A stretch of DNA of 64,000 bases from Mobula hypostoma (GCF_963921235.1 NC_086097.1:222706001-222770000), one strand, 5' to 3'. Positions 37,433 to 52,552 are shown, numbered from the stretch's first letter. Translations and numbers: made by a program. Notes: a model not told the origin generated them from the letters alone.

Positions 37433-38710
37433 TCCTGTTGGTTCTGATAGAAGTTCCTGTCTGGCCATGCAGCTTTCCCTGACCTATGCTAACAGGTTGA
37501 ATGGAGGTCGAGGTCACTGCCACTGAGATTACCACAGAGCAGGAGTTCCCAGCCTGGGGTCCACTGATCCCTTGCTTAATGGTCTTGGCCCATGGCATAA
37601 TAAAAGATTGGGGCTCCCTGCCATAGAGAAATCTCCAGACAGGGGAAAGCTGTGGAGCCATGTAAAGAAAATGACTTCTATGATCTCCAATAGGAGATGG
37701 GGAAAGACTCCACAGTATCCAGACCATCTCTAGGTTCATGGAGCAGCCACTGCTAGTCAGTGGCTACCTCCTGCGTGTGGTTCTAAACTCCAAATCACCA
37801 TGCTGTACAACACGTGCTGGTCCCAGGCTATCTGCTAAAACCAGTGTTCACATGTAGCTCCTTGTGTCCAAGCCTGGGCTTGATAGAGAAGGACAGGAAT
37901 TCACACATTGTTCCTGGTACAGAAGTGTACAGTGGCAGCCAGCTGCCAGTGTACCATTAAATGTAAATTAGAGTACTGTGCAGCTTGAAATGTTGGTGAT
38001 ATAACAAGGTATGTAAACATGAATCGATGTAACTCAAAATTGTGTAATTTCAGATCTGTCTGTATTTGCCTTCATCTGCCCACTTGTGTGTGTGGCAACA
38101 GAAGTTGTGCAGTTCTTCATTAGTATACGTGTTAATGTATCTTTTTAACTTCTGGCTATCAATCTGTGTGAGTTCATTGTAATTAGCTGTTCAGTTTGGT
38201 GACATCTTTGCCCCGTTCTACAACATTACACTAGAGCTAACATCAGACAGCATATTAACAAAGATAGTAATGAGACAAGCTATAGATATTTCCAGATTTT
38301 TTAAGGAAGGAAACTGAGGTCACCGATAAAACTTCAGATTGAAGTTCGAAGTAAATTTTTTATCAAAGTCTCCATGTCACCATATCCAACACAGATTAAT
38401 TTTCTTGTGGGTATACTCAATGAATCCAATAACCATAATAAATCAATGAAGTCCACATCAACAGGGTGGACAACCAGTGTGCAAAAAACAAGCATCTGTA
38501 AACACAAGAAGAAAGAATAGTTCAAAGTAAACATGTTATCAAAGTACATCTAAGTCACCATATACAACTCTTGAGATTCATTGTCTAGTGTGGATTTACT
38601 CAATAAATCCATAGAATAATAACTGTAACAGAATCACTGAAAGACCATACCAGTTTGTGTTCAACCAGTGTGCAAATGCAAAAAGAAAGAAATGATATTA
38701 ATAAATATTT

Positions 38711-39046
38711 AAGACCATAAGACAAAGGAGCAGAAGTCGGCCATTCGGCCTATCGAGTCTGCTCTGCCATTTTATCATGTGCTGATCCGTTCTCCCATTT
38801 AGTCCCACTCCCCCACCTCACCATAACCTTTGATGCCATGGCTACTCAGATACCTATCAATCTCTGCCTTAATTACACCCAATGACTTGGCCTCCACTGC
38901 CACCCGTGGCAACAAATTCCATAGATTCACCACCCTTGGGCTAAAAAAATTACTTTGCGTTCCTGTTCTGAATGGGCGCCCTTCAATCCTTAAGTCATGC
39001 CCTCTCGTACTAGACTCCCCCATCATGGGAATCGACTTTGCCACAT
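38711..39046 (-). mobile_element. CR1 3' tail fragment
   Basis: TRGHDL..NFFSPRVVNLWNLLP; tail tcttatggtctt. Confidence 0.85.
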
Positions 39047-39079
39047 CAGTATTTAGAACCGCGGCCACTCAGTGATCGG

Positions 39080-42000
39080 AAGCATGAGAAGACGGGGCTC
39101 ACTCAGGTTCACCAATTGAGTACATTGGGCATTGTTTTGCAGCACTTTGGTGTTTTGAGCGGTGGCCAATCAGCAATCAGGCTTGATTGGCAAGAACAAA
39201 TTAAATAAGGTAGGGGCAAACAGAACAGCCGTTGTTGGAGTGGACAGTGTTATTTAAGGCTTTAGCTCTTTCAGGCTTCAGCGAGGAGAGGCTTGCATGG
39301 GGAGACGGTAAAAAAGCTGTAAGTAGATTCTTTTTTCCAGTTTATTTATTGTTTTCCTCCTTTATATTTGTATAGTTAGAACAGTAGGGATGCCAGGCAG
39401 GGAAGTGAAATGCTCCTCTTGCAGAATGTGGGAAGGCAGGGAGACCACACCTGCAAGAAGTGGGCCCAGCTGCAGTTTCTAACACTCTGCATTAAGGTGT
39501 CGGAGCTGGAGCTAGATGAACTCAGGATCATTCGGTAGGCTGAGTGGGTAATAGATTGGCCATATAGAGGGGTAGTTATACCCAAGTTGCAGGACACAGG
39601 AGACTGGGTGACAGCAGGAAGGGGAAACCAGTTAAGTGCAGAGTACCTGTGGCCATTCCCCTCAACAACAGGTATACCACTGTGGGTACTGTTGGGTGAA
39701 GATGACCTAGCAGAGGAAAGTCACAGCAGTCATGTCTCTGGCATTGAGCCTGGCTCTGTGGCTCAGAGGAGAGAGGGGGAAGGAGGTGAGCTGTGGTGAT
39801 AGGGAATTCATAGTTAGTGGAACAGAAAGGATGTTCTGTAGACGAGAACAAGATTCACATCTAAAATTAAGAAAGAATATATGGCAAAACTAAATCAATT
39901 GGAAAAAGAGATTACAAAATTAGAAAAAGAATCTCAAAGACATATGTCAGAAGAAAAACAAAGGCAACTTGTCCATAAGAAGTTACAATATAATACGCTT
40001 CAGACATACAGAATGGAAAAAGCAATCATAAGAACTAAGCAAAGGTATTATGAGTTAGGTGAGAGAGCACAAAAAATTCTTGCTTGGCAGTTGAAAACAG
40101 AATAAGTTTCCAAAACGATAAATGCAATTAGAACAAGTGCAAGTAAAATTACTTATAAACCTTTAGAAAATAATGAAACCTTCAAAAGTTTTTATTCTGA
40201 ATTATATCAATCAGAATCACAAAATGATGTTAATGAGATAGAAAGGTTTTTATCACAAGTAACTCTTCCAAAATTGAATTCAGAAGAACAGAGGTTGAAG
40301 AAACTTTAGCATCACTCCAAAGTAATAAATCTCCAGGAGAAGATGGTTTTCCACCTGAATTTTATAGAAAGTTTAAAGATTTATTATTTCCTCCCTTTAA
40401 GGAGTTAATACGTCAAGCAGAAAAAATACATAAACTCCCAGAATCTTTTTCAACAGCGATTGTAATAGTATTGCCAAAAAAAGACAGAAATCCTTTAAAA
40501 CCAACATCATATAGGCCTATTTCTTTATTGAACAGGGATTATAAAATAATAGTAAAAATTTTATTGAATAGATTATCTAAATATTTACCAAAATTAATAC
40601 ATATGGATCAAACAGGATTTATTAAAAATAGACAATTGGCAGATAATGTAACTCGGCTACTCAGTATAATTCATTTGGCACAAAAAAGGGACGAGAAGAG
40701 TATAGTAGTAGCCTTGGATGCAGAAAAAGCATTTGATAGATTGGAATGGGATTTTTTATTTAGAGTATTAGAAAAATATGGGTTAGCAACATCTTTTATA
40801 AACTGGATTAAAACTTTAAATACTAACCCTAATGCTAAAGTAGTGGCAAACACTCAAATTTCAACACCATTCCAATTAAAAAGGTCAACTAGACAAGGTT
40901 GTCCATTATCACCTGCTTTATTTGTACTGGCGATAGAACCATTAGCAGAACTAATTAGAATTGATCCAGATATTATGGGTTTTAGAGTTAATCAGGAGGA
41001 ATATAAAATTAATCTTTTTGCTGATGATGTTTTGATTTACTTAACAAACCCACAACATTCGTTACATAAATTATCTTCTAGATTGGATGAATATGGGAAA
41101 GTATCAGGGTATAAAATAAATTGGGATAAAAGTGAAATTTTACCTCTTATTAAAGGAGACTATAGCCAATGTCGATTAGCAACCCAATTTAGATGGCGGG
41201 TAAATGGTATAAAGTATTTAGGTATAAGACTTGATAATGATGTAAACAATTTATATAAATTTAATTATTTACCGCTATTGAAAAAAATTCAAGAAGATCT
41301 TGACAAATGGATGATACTACCAGTAACATTAATGGGTAGAGTCAATGTTGTAAAAATGAATATATTTCCTAGATTACAGTATTTGTTTCAAACATTACCA
41401 ATACAATTGCCACAGAAATTTTTTCAAGAGTTAAATAAATGTGTGAGAAAATTTCTCTGGAAAGGTAAGATGTCAAGAATATCATTGGAAAAATTGACAT
41501 GTAAATTTGAGTTAGGAGGGTTACAACCTCCAAACTTTAAGAATTATTATAGAGCAAATCAACTTAGATTTATTGCATCCTTCTTCGGTGATCGAAAACC
41601 GACATGGATTAGAATAGAATTAGATAAGATAGGAGAAAATATACCTGAAGATTTATATATAAATGGGAATCCAAATGGATACGGGAAAAGAAAGAATCTC
41701 CTATATTAAAACATTCGATTGATCTATGGAATAAGATGAATGTTGGTAATGAAATACAGAAATCTTTATTAGCAAGGAGACCTTTGTTCCAAAACAGACT
41801 TATTCCTTTTACAATGGATAATCAACTTTTATATAATTGGTACCAAAAAGGGATTAGATCTATAGGAGACTGTTATGAATGAGGTATATTGTTGTCATTT
41901 GAACAACTAAAGAATAAATATAAAATATCAAATAATACTTTCTTTTGTTACCTTCAATTAAGGGCTTACTTAAAAGGCAAACTGGGTCAAACAATGTTTT

Positions 42001-45000
42001 TGCCAAAATCTAATGAAATTGAAATTTTAATTCAGAAAGGGAAAATTAAAAAATTTATTTCTTATATGTATAATTTGATTCAAAAACAGACAATTAAACA
42101 AGGAATCCATAAGTCAAAGCAAAAATGGGAAACGGATCTGAATATTAATATTGAAAGAAATTGGTCAAGGCTGTGTCTTGACAGTATGACAAATACAATA
42201 AAGGTTCGACTTAGATTAGTACAATATAATTTTTTACACCAATTATATATTACACCACAAAAAATAGATTAAATTCAAATTTATCTGATAAATGTTTTCG
42301 GTGTAATCAAGAAATTGGTACTTTCTTACATTCTACTTGGTCTTGTTCTAAAATTCAACCTTTTTGGATAAATTTAAGAGTCTTATTGGAACAAATTACT
42401 GGAACTCAATTTCCGCATAACCCTGTATTACTTCTATTAGGTGATATTGAAGGAATAAAACCGAAACTCAAATTGAATAAATATCAGAAAGAATTCATAA
42501 AAATTGCACTGGCAGTAGCTAAGAAAGCTATAGCAGTTACTTGGAAATCTGATTTGTATCTAAGTATGAATGGTTGGAGCAATGAAATGGCTAGTTCTAT
42601 TCCACTCGAAAAAATTACTTATAATTTAAGAGATAAATACGAAACATTTTTGAATATTTGGCACCCTTATTTACAAAAGATAGGATGGCATATTTAATTG
42701 CTCCAATGATAAAGATCTTGGTCCCTTGGGGAAAGTAACTAATAAATATACTAAATTTATTCTGAATCCCATGGAGCATGTGGAAACCTTCCAATATCCA
42801 GGCGGTTCTTCTCTTTTTTTTCTTCTTTCTTTCTTTCTTTTCTTTTTAGGTAGGGGTATATATTGGGGGGAGGGGTTAAGGGGAGGGGTGAGGGTAACTA
42901 TTATCTTCTCATGTATTCACTTTGAAAACTCAATAAAAATTATATAAAAAAAAGATTCCCGATGGTATGTTGCCTCCCGGTTGCCAGGTTTCAGGACATC
43001 TCGGGTCATGTCCTCAGCATTCTTAGGTGGGAGGGTGAGCAGCCAAAGGCTTTGGTCCATGTAGGTACCAATGACATAGTTGGTGTCATTGCAGTGGAGG
43101 AGCAACGAGGTCTGCAAAGCGAGCTCAGGGTGTTCGATGCTAAGTTAAAGGACAGGGTTGTGATCTCAGGATTGCTACCTGTGCCATGTGCTGGTGAGGC
43201 TAGAAACAGGAAGATCATACAGTTTAACACGTGGCTAAGAAGTTGTAGTAGGAGGGAGGGCATTAGATTTTTGGAAGAACGGCCTCTCTTCCAGGGAAGG
43301 TGGGACCTATACAGAAGAGACAGTTAGCACCTGAACTGAAGGGGGACTAATATCCTAGTGGGAATGTTTGCTTGTGTTGCACAGTGGGGGCGGGTGGAAG
43401 AATTTAAACTAGAGCTGCGGGGGCTGGGAAACAGGCTGCCAAAACAGATAGTGGAGAGGTTGTGGAGACAGATGTTAAGCTGCAGACAAAGTCGGGAATC
43501 TGAAAGCTGAGCCTGGTGCATCTAATGTCCTGAGCTGCGTATATTTTAGTGCATGAATCAACACATTAAATCATGATAGTGTAGCCATTAGTGAGACTTG
43601 GTTGCAGGAAGGGCAGGACTGGCAGCTCAATGTTCCAGAGTTTCATTGTTTTGGGCATGACAGACCAGGAAGGATTAAAGGGAGAGGGGTGGCATTATTG
43701 GTCAGGGAAAATGTCACAGCAGTGCTCAGTCAGGGCAGACTGGAAAACTCACCTAGTGAGGCTTTATGGATGGAACTGAGGAATAAGAAAGGTACAAACA
43801 CGATATTGGGGCTATATTATAGATTACACAACAGTCTGAGGAACTTAGAGGAACAAATTTGTAGAGAGATCGCAGACTATTGTAAGAAACATAAAATTGT
43901 TGTAGGTGTTCTTAACTTTCCACATACTGACTGGGAATCCTATACTGTAAAAAGACTAGATGGGATAGAGTTTGTCAAATGTGTTCAGGAAAGTTTCATA
44001 AACAGTACCTAGAAGCTCCAATTAGGGAGTGTGCAATGCTTGATCTGTTATTAGGGAACGAGATAAGGCAGGTGACAGAAGTTTGTGTAGGGGAACACTT
44101 TGTATCTAGTGATCATAGTGCCATTAGTTTCTAAGTAGATATGGTAAAAGATAGGGCTGGTCTGTAGGTTGAGATTCTAAATTGGGGGAAGGCCAATTTT
44201 GATGGTTTCAGAAAACATCTGGTAAGTTGTGGATTGGGACAAACTGTTTTCTGGAAAAGGTGGGCTTAGTCTTCAAAAGTGAAATTTTGAGAGTAACAAG
44301 CTTATATATGCCTATCAGAACAAAAGGTAAAGACAACAGGTGTAGGGAACCTTGATTTTCAAGAGATATTGAGGCCCTAGTTACGAAAAAAAGGTGCATA
44401 GCTGGTAGGAACTATTGTGAGGTACTTGAGGAATATAAGAAATGCAGGAGAGCACTTAAAGAAATCAGGAAGGCTAAAAGAAAGTAGGAGGTTGCCCTAG
44501 TAGACAAGGTGAAGGAGAATCCTAAGGGATAAGAGCAAAAGGATTGCCAGGGACCTCTAGAAGAGTGGTAATCTATGCATGGAGCCAATAGAGATAGGAG
44601 AGACCTTAAGTAGATTCTTTATATCTGTATTTACTCAGGTTATGGGCATAATGTCTGTAGAGGTGAGGCAAAGCAGCAGCGAGGTTATGAACCTAATACA
44701 GATTACAGAGGAAGAGGTGTTTGCTTTCTTAAGGCAAATTAGGGTTGATAAATCCCTAGGGCCTGACAAGGTGTCCGCTCTGATCCTGTGAGAGGTGAGT
44801 GCGGAAATTGCAGGGGCCTAGCAGAGATACTTAAATCATCCCTAGAGACGGGTGGAGTACCAGAGGACTGGAGGAAAGCTAATGTTGTTCCGCTCTTTAA
44901 GAAAGGCTCTAAAAGTAAACCAGGAAACTACAAACAGGTGATCCTGATATTAGTAGTTCGAAATTTATTGGAAGATGTTTTAAGGCACCAGGGGCAGGAG

Positions 45001-45468
45001 TGTTCGGATAGCCATGGACTGAATAAGGATGGTCAGAGTGACTTTGTGTCTGGTAGGTCGCGTCTAACCAATCTTAGGGTTTTTCGAGGAAGTTACTGGG
45101 AAAGTTGATGGCAGTGGATGTTGCCCACATGGACCTTGGCAAGTCACATGACAAGGTCCCACATAGGAGGTTTGTCAAGTTGCTTGGCTTTCAAGATGAG
45201 GCAGTAAATTGAATTAGACATTAGCTTTGTGGGAGAAGCCACAAAGTTGTAGTTAGCTGCCCCCCTGACCGGAGGCCTGTGAGTAGTGGAGTGGCGCAAG
45301 GATCGTTGCTGCGTCTGTTGTTGTCATCTATATCAACGATCTGGGTGATAATGTGGTAAACTGGATCAGTAAATTTCCGAACAGCACCAAGACTGGGAGT
45401 GTAGGGGACAGCGAGGAAGACTATTAGAGCATACAGCAAGTTCTGGACCAGCTGGAAAAATGGGCTGA
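39080..45468 (+). mobile_element. Long degraded CR1 LINE (5'UTR, esterase-type ORF1, EN and RT), interrupted by an L1
   Basis: MVCCLP.AR, VHVGTNDI, ISGLLPVP (SGNH esterase); GRGVALLV, EALWMEL, DWRKANVVPLFKKG, SGVAQGS. Confidence 0.85.
39857..42951 (+). mobile_element. 5'-truncated L1 (second subfamily) inserted in CR1 ORF1; 7-bp TSD
   Basis: YRPISLLN, LDAEKAFD, TRQGCPLSP, LFADD; AATAAA plus poly-A. TSD AAGATTC at 39850-39856 and 42952-42958. Confidence 0.93.
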
Positions 45469-45469
45469 G

Positions 45470-47140
45470 TATTGCAACCAGGAATTTGGTCAATTTAACT
45501 GAGAATTTTATTTATGAATCGTGCTCCTTTTTTTCACAGATAACCCAAAAAACAGTTAGATTTTCACAACTTGATGAAGCAAGATTTGCATATTTTTCCT
45601 TGCCAGGTTAGTTAGGGAGCAGCGGTGGACAGCAACCTTGATGTCTTGCCAGAGGTGTTCGGTCAAGTTAAGGTCAGGACTGTGACTGGGTTACTGGGTT
45701 ACAAAATTATATCAATTTTCTTCATTTGAAACTACCACATAGTTGTTCTGGCAGTGTGTTTTGTTTGGTTCATTGTCTTGCTGAAAGACAATTTCCTCGC
45801 CAGTTTAAGCTTTCTGACAGAGGCTGGCAGTATCTCTCTGTATTTAGTAACATTCATCTTCCCATCAATCCATACCAGATTTCCAGTCCCTGCTGCTGAA
45901 AAGCTTCCCCAAAGCATGATGCTCCCTCCACCATACTTTAGAGTAGGGATGGTGTTACCTGACTGAAGCACAGTATTAGATTTATACCACAAGCTTAGTA
46001 TTGAGGCCAAAAAGTTCCACTTTACTCTCATTCAACCACAAGACCTTCTTCCACATCTTTACAGTATCTTCTAAGTGACACTTTGCAAAGTCTTTATGGG
46101 TATGGATGTGCTTTTTTTTAAGCCAAGGCTGCTTCCTTGCCGTTTTTCCATAAATACCCTGTATGTGTAAGGCCTTAGGGATTATGGAGCCGTGAACTTC
46201 ATCTCCAGTTGCAACCATTGAGTGAGCTGCAGAAGTCAGAGTAACTGGCATCACAGTAGTCTCTCTAACAAATGCCATTCTTCTCCAGTGACTAAGTTTA
46301 GAGGGGCAGCTAACCTAGGTAGTGTGGCTGTTTCATATTTTTTCCACTTTTTCACAGTGGATTGTATTGATCTCCATGGTATGTTCAGTGCTTTTGAGAT
46401 AAGTTAAATTTGAGATGGTCTTGTATCCTTCCCTAGATTTGTGTTCTCTATTATCATTTTCCTGACTTGTCTTGAATGTTCTTTTGTCTTCATTTTGGTG
46501 TGGTTTGTTGAAAATCTACCAAACTGTTGGACCTCACAGAGAAGGAGTATTTATTCTTAAGAATTCATTGAAAACAGGTGATCCAAATTGGGTGAACTGG
46601 TAAGGTGATATATTGCTCCTGAGGAAAGTTACTGTAGTAATTATAAAGGGGATGAGTACTTCAGTATGTACTTTATACTTTATTGTCGCCAAACAATTGA
46701 TACTAGAGCGTACAATCATCGCAGCGATATTTGATTCTGCGCTTCGCACTCCCTGGAGTACAAATCGATAGTAAATATTAAAAATTTAAATTATAAATCA
46801 TAAATAGAAAATAGAAAGTAAGGTAGTGCAAAAAAAAACGAGAGGCAGGTCCGGATATTTGGAGGGTACGGCCCAGATCCAGGTCAGGATCTGTTCAGCA
46901 GTCTTATCACAGTTGGAAAGAAGCTGTTCCCAAATCTGGCCGTATGAGTGTTCAAGCTCCTCAGCCTTCTCCCGGAGGGAAGAGGGACAAAAAGTGTGTT
47001 GGCTGGGTGGGTTGTGTCCTTGATTATCCTTAACAGTTTTGGTTTTAATTTTTAGTAAATTATTGACAGGTTTTGGAATTGCTCTTTTGATTTGACATGG
47101 TGCACAGTATTTTGTAAATTAGCTCAAAAATCCTAACTCA
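45470..47140 (-). mobile_element. Degraded Tc1-family DNA transposon with a nested LINE tail (~46670-47030)
   Basis: WKKVLWLNESKVELFG, TLKYGGGSIMLWGSFSAAGTG. Confidence 0.8.
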
Positions 47141-47144
47141 ATAT

Positions 47145-47625
47145 AGAATCATAGAAAATAGGTGCAGGAGTAGGCCATTCGGCCCTTCGAGCCTGCACTG
47201 CCATTCAGTACGATCATGGCTGATCATCCAACTCAGAACCCTGTACCTGCCTTCTCTCCATACCCCCTGATCCCTTTAGCCACAAGGGCCATATCTAACT
47301 CCCTCTTAAATATAACCAATGAACTGGCCTCAACTGCTTCCTGTGGCAGAGAATTCCACAGATTCACCACTCTCTGTGTGAAGAAGTTTTTCCTCATCTC
47401 GGTCCTAAAAGGCTTCCCCTTTATCCTCAAACTGTGACCCCTCGTTCTGGACTTCCCCAATATCGGGAACAATCTTCCTGCATCTAGCCTGTCCAATCCC
47501 TTTAGAATTTTATACGTTTCAATCAGATCCCCCCTCAATCTTCTAAAGTCCGAAGAGTATAAGCCTAGTTGATCCAGTCTTTCATCATATGAAAGTCCTG
47601 CCATCCCAGGAATCAATCTGGTGAA
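47145..47625 (-). mobile_element. Young CR1 3' fragment
   Basis: Open ORF with RRLRGDLIETYKIL..TRGHSL..NFFTQRVVNLWNSLP; tail (attctatg). Confidence 0.9.
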
Positions 47626-47955
47626 AATATATTTTAACCTTAGAAGATGAGACAGTAAAATGTGAAAATAGTTGCGAGGCTGAACAATTTTTCAAAACAC
47701 TGTAAGGCCCTGGGTCTTGTTTCCAATATAACTGGCCATTTATCCAGCTCTCCATAAAAGTTGACGATATTGTCCTTGAAAATGTAGATCTTTTCCGTAC
47801 CCTGGCAGCATTCTCTCTTCAAAAGCAGACATCGACTCAGAAATCAACCACTACCTGAGTAGTGCTAGTGGAGCCTACTCAAGAGCCTTTGAAGATGGCA
47901 ACCTGCGGGCCCAAAAAAAATCTTTTGATCTATAGAGCAGTCATCCTTCCTAAAT

Positions 47956-50705
47956 TCAAAACGAGAAAATCTGCAGATGCTGGAAATCCAAGCAATACAC
48001 ACAAAGTGCTTTTGGGTTGAAACCCTTCGGCAGGACTGGAGAAAAATGCTGAGGAGTAGATTTAAGAGGTGGGAGGAGGGGAGTGAGAAACAAGGTGATA
48101 GGTGAAGCCTGGAGGGGAAAGGATGAAGTAGAGAGCTGGGAAGTTTTGTATGGTGACAGAAACAGAAGGCAGTGGAAGAAAGAAAAAAGGGGGAGATGCA
48201 TCAGAGGGAGGTGATTGAAGGGCAAAGAGATACGGTGAGAGAGGGGAAAAGGGGATGGGAAATGGTGAGGGGGGGGTTGGGGGTCATTATCAGAAGTTTG
48301 AGAAATCAATGCTCATACCATCAGCTTGGAGGCTACCCAAACGGGGAAAACATAAGTGTGGTAACATCACGACAGTGGAGGAGGCTAAGGATGGACATAT
48401 CGGAATGGGAAGTGAATTTAAAATAGGTGGCAACTGGGAGATACTGCTTTTCTGGGAGATGGAGTGTAGGTGCTCAGTGAAGCGGTTTCCCAATCTACAT
48501 CGGGTCTCACCGATATTCAGGAGGCCACACCAGGAGCACCGAACACAGAATGTGACCCCAACAGACTCACGGGTGAAGTGTTGCCTCACCTGGAAAGACT
48601 GTTTAGGGCCCTGTGTGGTAGTGAGGGAGAATGTGTAGGGGCAGGTGTACCATTTGTTCCGCTTGCAAGGGTAAGTACCAGGAAGGAGATCAGTAGGGAG
48701 GGAATGAATGGACAAGGGAGTTGCATAGGGAATAATCCCTGCGGAAAGCAGAAAGTTGGGGGAGTGGGGGGAAATGTGCTTGATGTTGGGATCCCATTGG
48801 AGGTGGCGGAAGTTTTGGAGAATTATGTGCTGGACGCAGAGGCTGATGGGGTGGTAGATGAGGACAAGAGGAACCCTATCCCTAGTAGGGTGGCGGGAGG
48901 ATAGGGTAAGAGCAGATGTGCGTAAAATGGAAGAGATGCTGTTGAGGGCAGCGTTGATGGTGGAAGAAGGGGTGCCCCCTTTTTTTTTATTTGAAAAAGG
49001 AGGACATCTCCCACGTTCTGGAATGATAAACCTCATCCTAAGAGCAGATGCGGTGGAAATGGAGGAATTGAGAGAAGGGGAGGGCGTTTTTACAAGTAAC
49101 AGGGTGGGAAGAGATATAGTCCAGGTATCTGAGAGTCCATGGGTTTATAATAAGCATTGGTAGAAAAGCTGTTTCCAAAGATAGAGACAGTGAGATGGAA
49201 AAAAGGGAGGGAGGTGTTGGAAATGGACCAGGTAAATTTGAGTCAGGGTGGAAGTTGAGGTCAAAGTTGATGAAGTTGACGAGTTCAGCATGGGTGCAGG
49301 AAGTAGCACCAATGTAGTCATCGATGTAGCGTAGGAAAAGTGCAGGACGGTCACCAGTGTAGGTTTGGAATATAGACTATTCCATGTAGCTGGCAAACAG
49401 GCAGGCATAGCTGGGACCCATGCGAGTGCCCATGGCTACCCGTTTTGTTTGAAGGAAGTAGGAGGAGCCAAAGGAGAAATCATTTAGAGTGAGGACAAGT
49501 TCTGCTAGGCCGAGGAGAGAGGTGGTGGAGGAGAACTGGTTAGGTCTGGTGTCCAGAAAAAACGGAGAGCTTTGAGGCCTTACTGGTGGGCGATGGAGGT
49601 GTATAGGGACTAGACATCCATAGTAAAGATGAGATGATGGGCTCCAGGGAACCTGAAATCATTGAAAAGATCCAGAGCCTGTGAAGTGTCATGGATGTAG
49701 GTAGGAAGGGACTGAACTGGGAGGATAAAAGGTATGCCGATATGAGTTCAGTAGGGGCAGGAACAAGTTGAAACAATGAGTCTACCTGGACAAGCAGGTT
49801 TGTAGATCTTGGGTAGGAGGTAGAAACAGGAGGTGTAGGGGGTGGGAACTATGAGGTTGGTGGCGGTGGATGGGAGATCCCCAGAGCCAAAAAGGTTGCT
49901 GATGGTGTGGGAGACAATGGCCTAGTATTCCTTAGTAGGGTCCTGTTGGAGGGGTAAGTAAGAGGAGGTGTCTGAGCTTCAGCAAGGTTGAGGTCAGTAC
50001 ACCAGACCTCTTTTATATGCGGGTTTGATGGTAAGGTTAGGATTGCTGCGGAGGGAGTGGAGAGCAGAGCATTCGGAAGAAGTGAGGTTGAAATAGGAGA
50101 GAGGAGTGTTGAAGTTTAAACGGTTAATGTCCCATCAGCAATTAGCAATGAAAAGGTCCAGAGCAGGCAGAAGACCAGGGCGGTGTCCAGGAAGAGGAGA
50201 AGGGTTGAAGATGGGAGAAGAGGTCATTGATGTGGGGTGGAGAGCCCTTGCCAAAGAAATAGGCTCAGAGATGGAGGTGGCGGAGGAAAATCTCTGTGTC
50301 GTGGCAGGTGCGGAACTCGCTAAGGTGTGGGCGCAGGGGGACACAGGTGATGCCCTTACATGTTCTGCCTCAGAAAGGGAATGGTTGGAGGGGATGTTGA
50401 AAGCACAGCACAGATGAGAGCTGGGATCGGAGGGGGGAAGGGGTTGCTAGTGTCTGAGGGAAAAGGAGGTTTAAGGTGTTGAGGGATGGTGGGGTGAGAG
50501 GAAGATGGAGTTTTTGAGGACCTGAGCTGGTGGTGGGACCTGAGAGAGGTGGGATTGCAGAGTGGCGGTGAGGCAAGGGGAGATGGGGGGTTCCAGTGGC
50601 AGCACATGACGACCCAGTCTGGAGGTCGAGGCCGGAGTAGGAAGTTGCGCAATGGGCACTTTGGAGATGTCCAAGGTTATTGAAACCTGCATGGACCTAA
50701 TGGGT
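47956..50705 (-). mobile_element. Degraded long Penelope element, antisense in TERF1 intron 2
   Basis: Collinear with the 19991-21733 copy (RT and GIY-YIG) and extends further 5'; frameshifted. Confidence 0.9.
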
Positions 50706-52448
50706 GTCTTCCAATCCTGTATGGAGCTGAAACATGGACCACCTACAGTTGGTACCTGAAAGCCCTGGAACAATACCACCAAAGAGCCTTACGAAAGATT
50801 TTGAGCATCAGCTGGAAGGACAAATACACTAACACCTCCTGGCGAAGGCCAACATGAACAGCATCTCCAACAATTAAGCAGCATCAACTCCAGTGTTTAG
50901 ATCATGTCATCTGGATGCCTAACTAGTGTCTTCCCAAACAGATCCTTTACTCCCAGTTGAAGGGAGGTCAGCAAGCCACTGGCAGGCAAGGGAAGCGCTT
51001 CAAAGTTAACATCAAAATCTGCATGAAGAAATTCAGCATTATACAGTGGCATGCAAAAGTTTGGGCACCCCTGGTCAAAATTTCTGTTAGTGTGAATAGT
51101 TAGAGTAGAAGATGAACTGATCTCCAAAAGTCATAAAGTTAAAGATGAAACATTCTTTTCAACATTTTAAATAGATTAGTGTATAATTTTTTGTTTTGTA
51201 CAACTTCAGAGTGGGGAGAAAAAGGAAAGACGCACCATGCAAAAGTTTGGGCACCCCAAGAGATTTGAGCTCTCAGATAACTTTTACCAAGGTCTCAGAC
51301 CTTGATTAGCTTGTTAGGGCTATGGCTTGTTCACAGTCATTGTTAGGAAAGGCCAGGTGATGCAGATTTCAAAGCTTTATAAATACCCTGACTCCTCAAA
51401 CCTTGTCCCAACAATCAGCAGCCATGGATTCCTCTAAGCAGCTGCCTAGCACTGAAAATTAAAATGAATGATGCCCACAAAGCAGGAGAAGGCTATAAGA
51501 AGATAGTAAAGCATTTTCAGGTAGCTGCTTCCTCAGTTCGTAATGTAATTAAGAAATGGCAGTTAACAGGAACGGTGGAGGTCAAGTTGAGGTCTGGAAG
51601 ACCAAGAAAACTTTCTGAGCGAACTTCTCATAGGACTGCTAGAAAGGCAAATCAAAACCCCCGTTTGACTGCAAAAGACCTTCAGGAAGATTTAGCGGAC
51701 TCTGGAGTGGTGGTGCACTGTTCTACTGTGCAGCGACACCTGCACAAAAATGACCTTCATGGAAGAGTCATTAGAAGAAAACCTTTCCTGCGTCCTCACC
51801 ACAAAATTCAGCATCAGAAGTTTGCAAAGGAACATCTAAACGAGCCTGATGCATTTTGGAAACAAGTCCTGTGGACTGATGAAGTTGAAATATAACTTTC
51901 TGGCCACAATGAGCAAAGGTATATTTGGAGAAACAAGGGTGCAGAATTTCATGAAAAGGACACCTCTCCAACTGTTAAGCATGGGGGTGGATTGATCATG
52001 CTTTAGGCTTGTGTTGCAGCCAGTGGCACGGGGAACATTTCACTGGTCGAGGGAAGAATAAATTCAATTACATGCCAGCAAATTCTAGAAGCAAACATCA
52101 CACTGTCTGTAAAACAAAAAGCTAAAGATGAAAAGAGGATGGCTTCTACAACAGGATAATGATCCTAAACACACCTCAAAATCCACAATGGACTACCTCA
52201 AGATACACAAGCTAAAGATTTTGCCATGGCCCTCAAAGTGCCCTGATGTAAACATCATCGAAAATCTGTGGATAGACCCCAAAAGAGCAGTGCATGCAAG
52301 ACGGCCCAAGAATCTCACAGAACTAGAAGCCTTTTGCAAGGAAGAATGGGTGAAAATTCCCCAAACAAGAATTGGAAGGCTCTTACCTGTCTACAGAAAG
52401 CATTTACAAGCGTGCCAAAGGGGATGTTACTAACTACTGACCATGCAG

Positions 52449-52552
52449 TACACCTGAGTCCTGACGAAGGGTCTCGGCCTGAAACGTCGACTGCACCTCT
52501 TCCTAGAGATGCTGCCTGGCCTGCTGCATTCACCAGCAACTTTTATGTGTGT
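52449..52552 (+). mobile_element. 104-bp solo Penelope-tail module with a perfect 14-bp TSD, inside the Tc1
   Basis: TACTGACCATGCAG at 52435-52448 and 52553-52566; the insert is nearly identical to the reverse complement of ~20028-20123. Confidence 0.9.
52457..52492 (+). ncRNA. Minimal hammerhead ribozyme (intact core), predicted cleavage after 52488
   Basis: AGUC CUGACGA AGG-GUCUCGG-CCU GAAA CG UC|GACU, identical to the 20088-20123 motif. Confidence 0.8.
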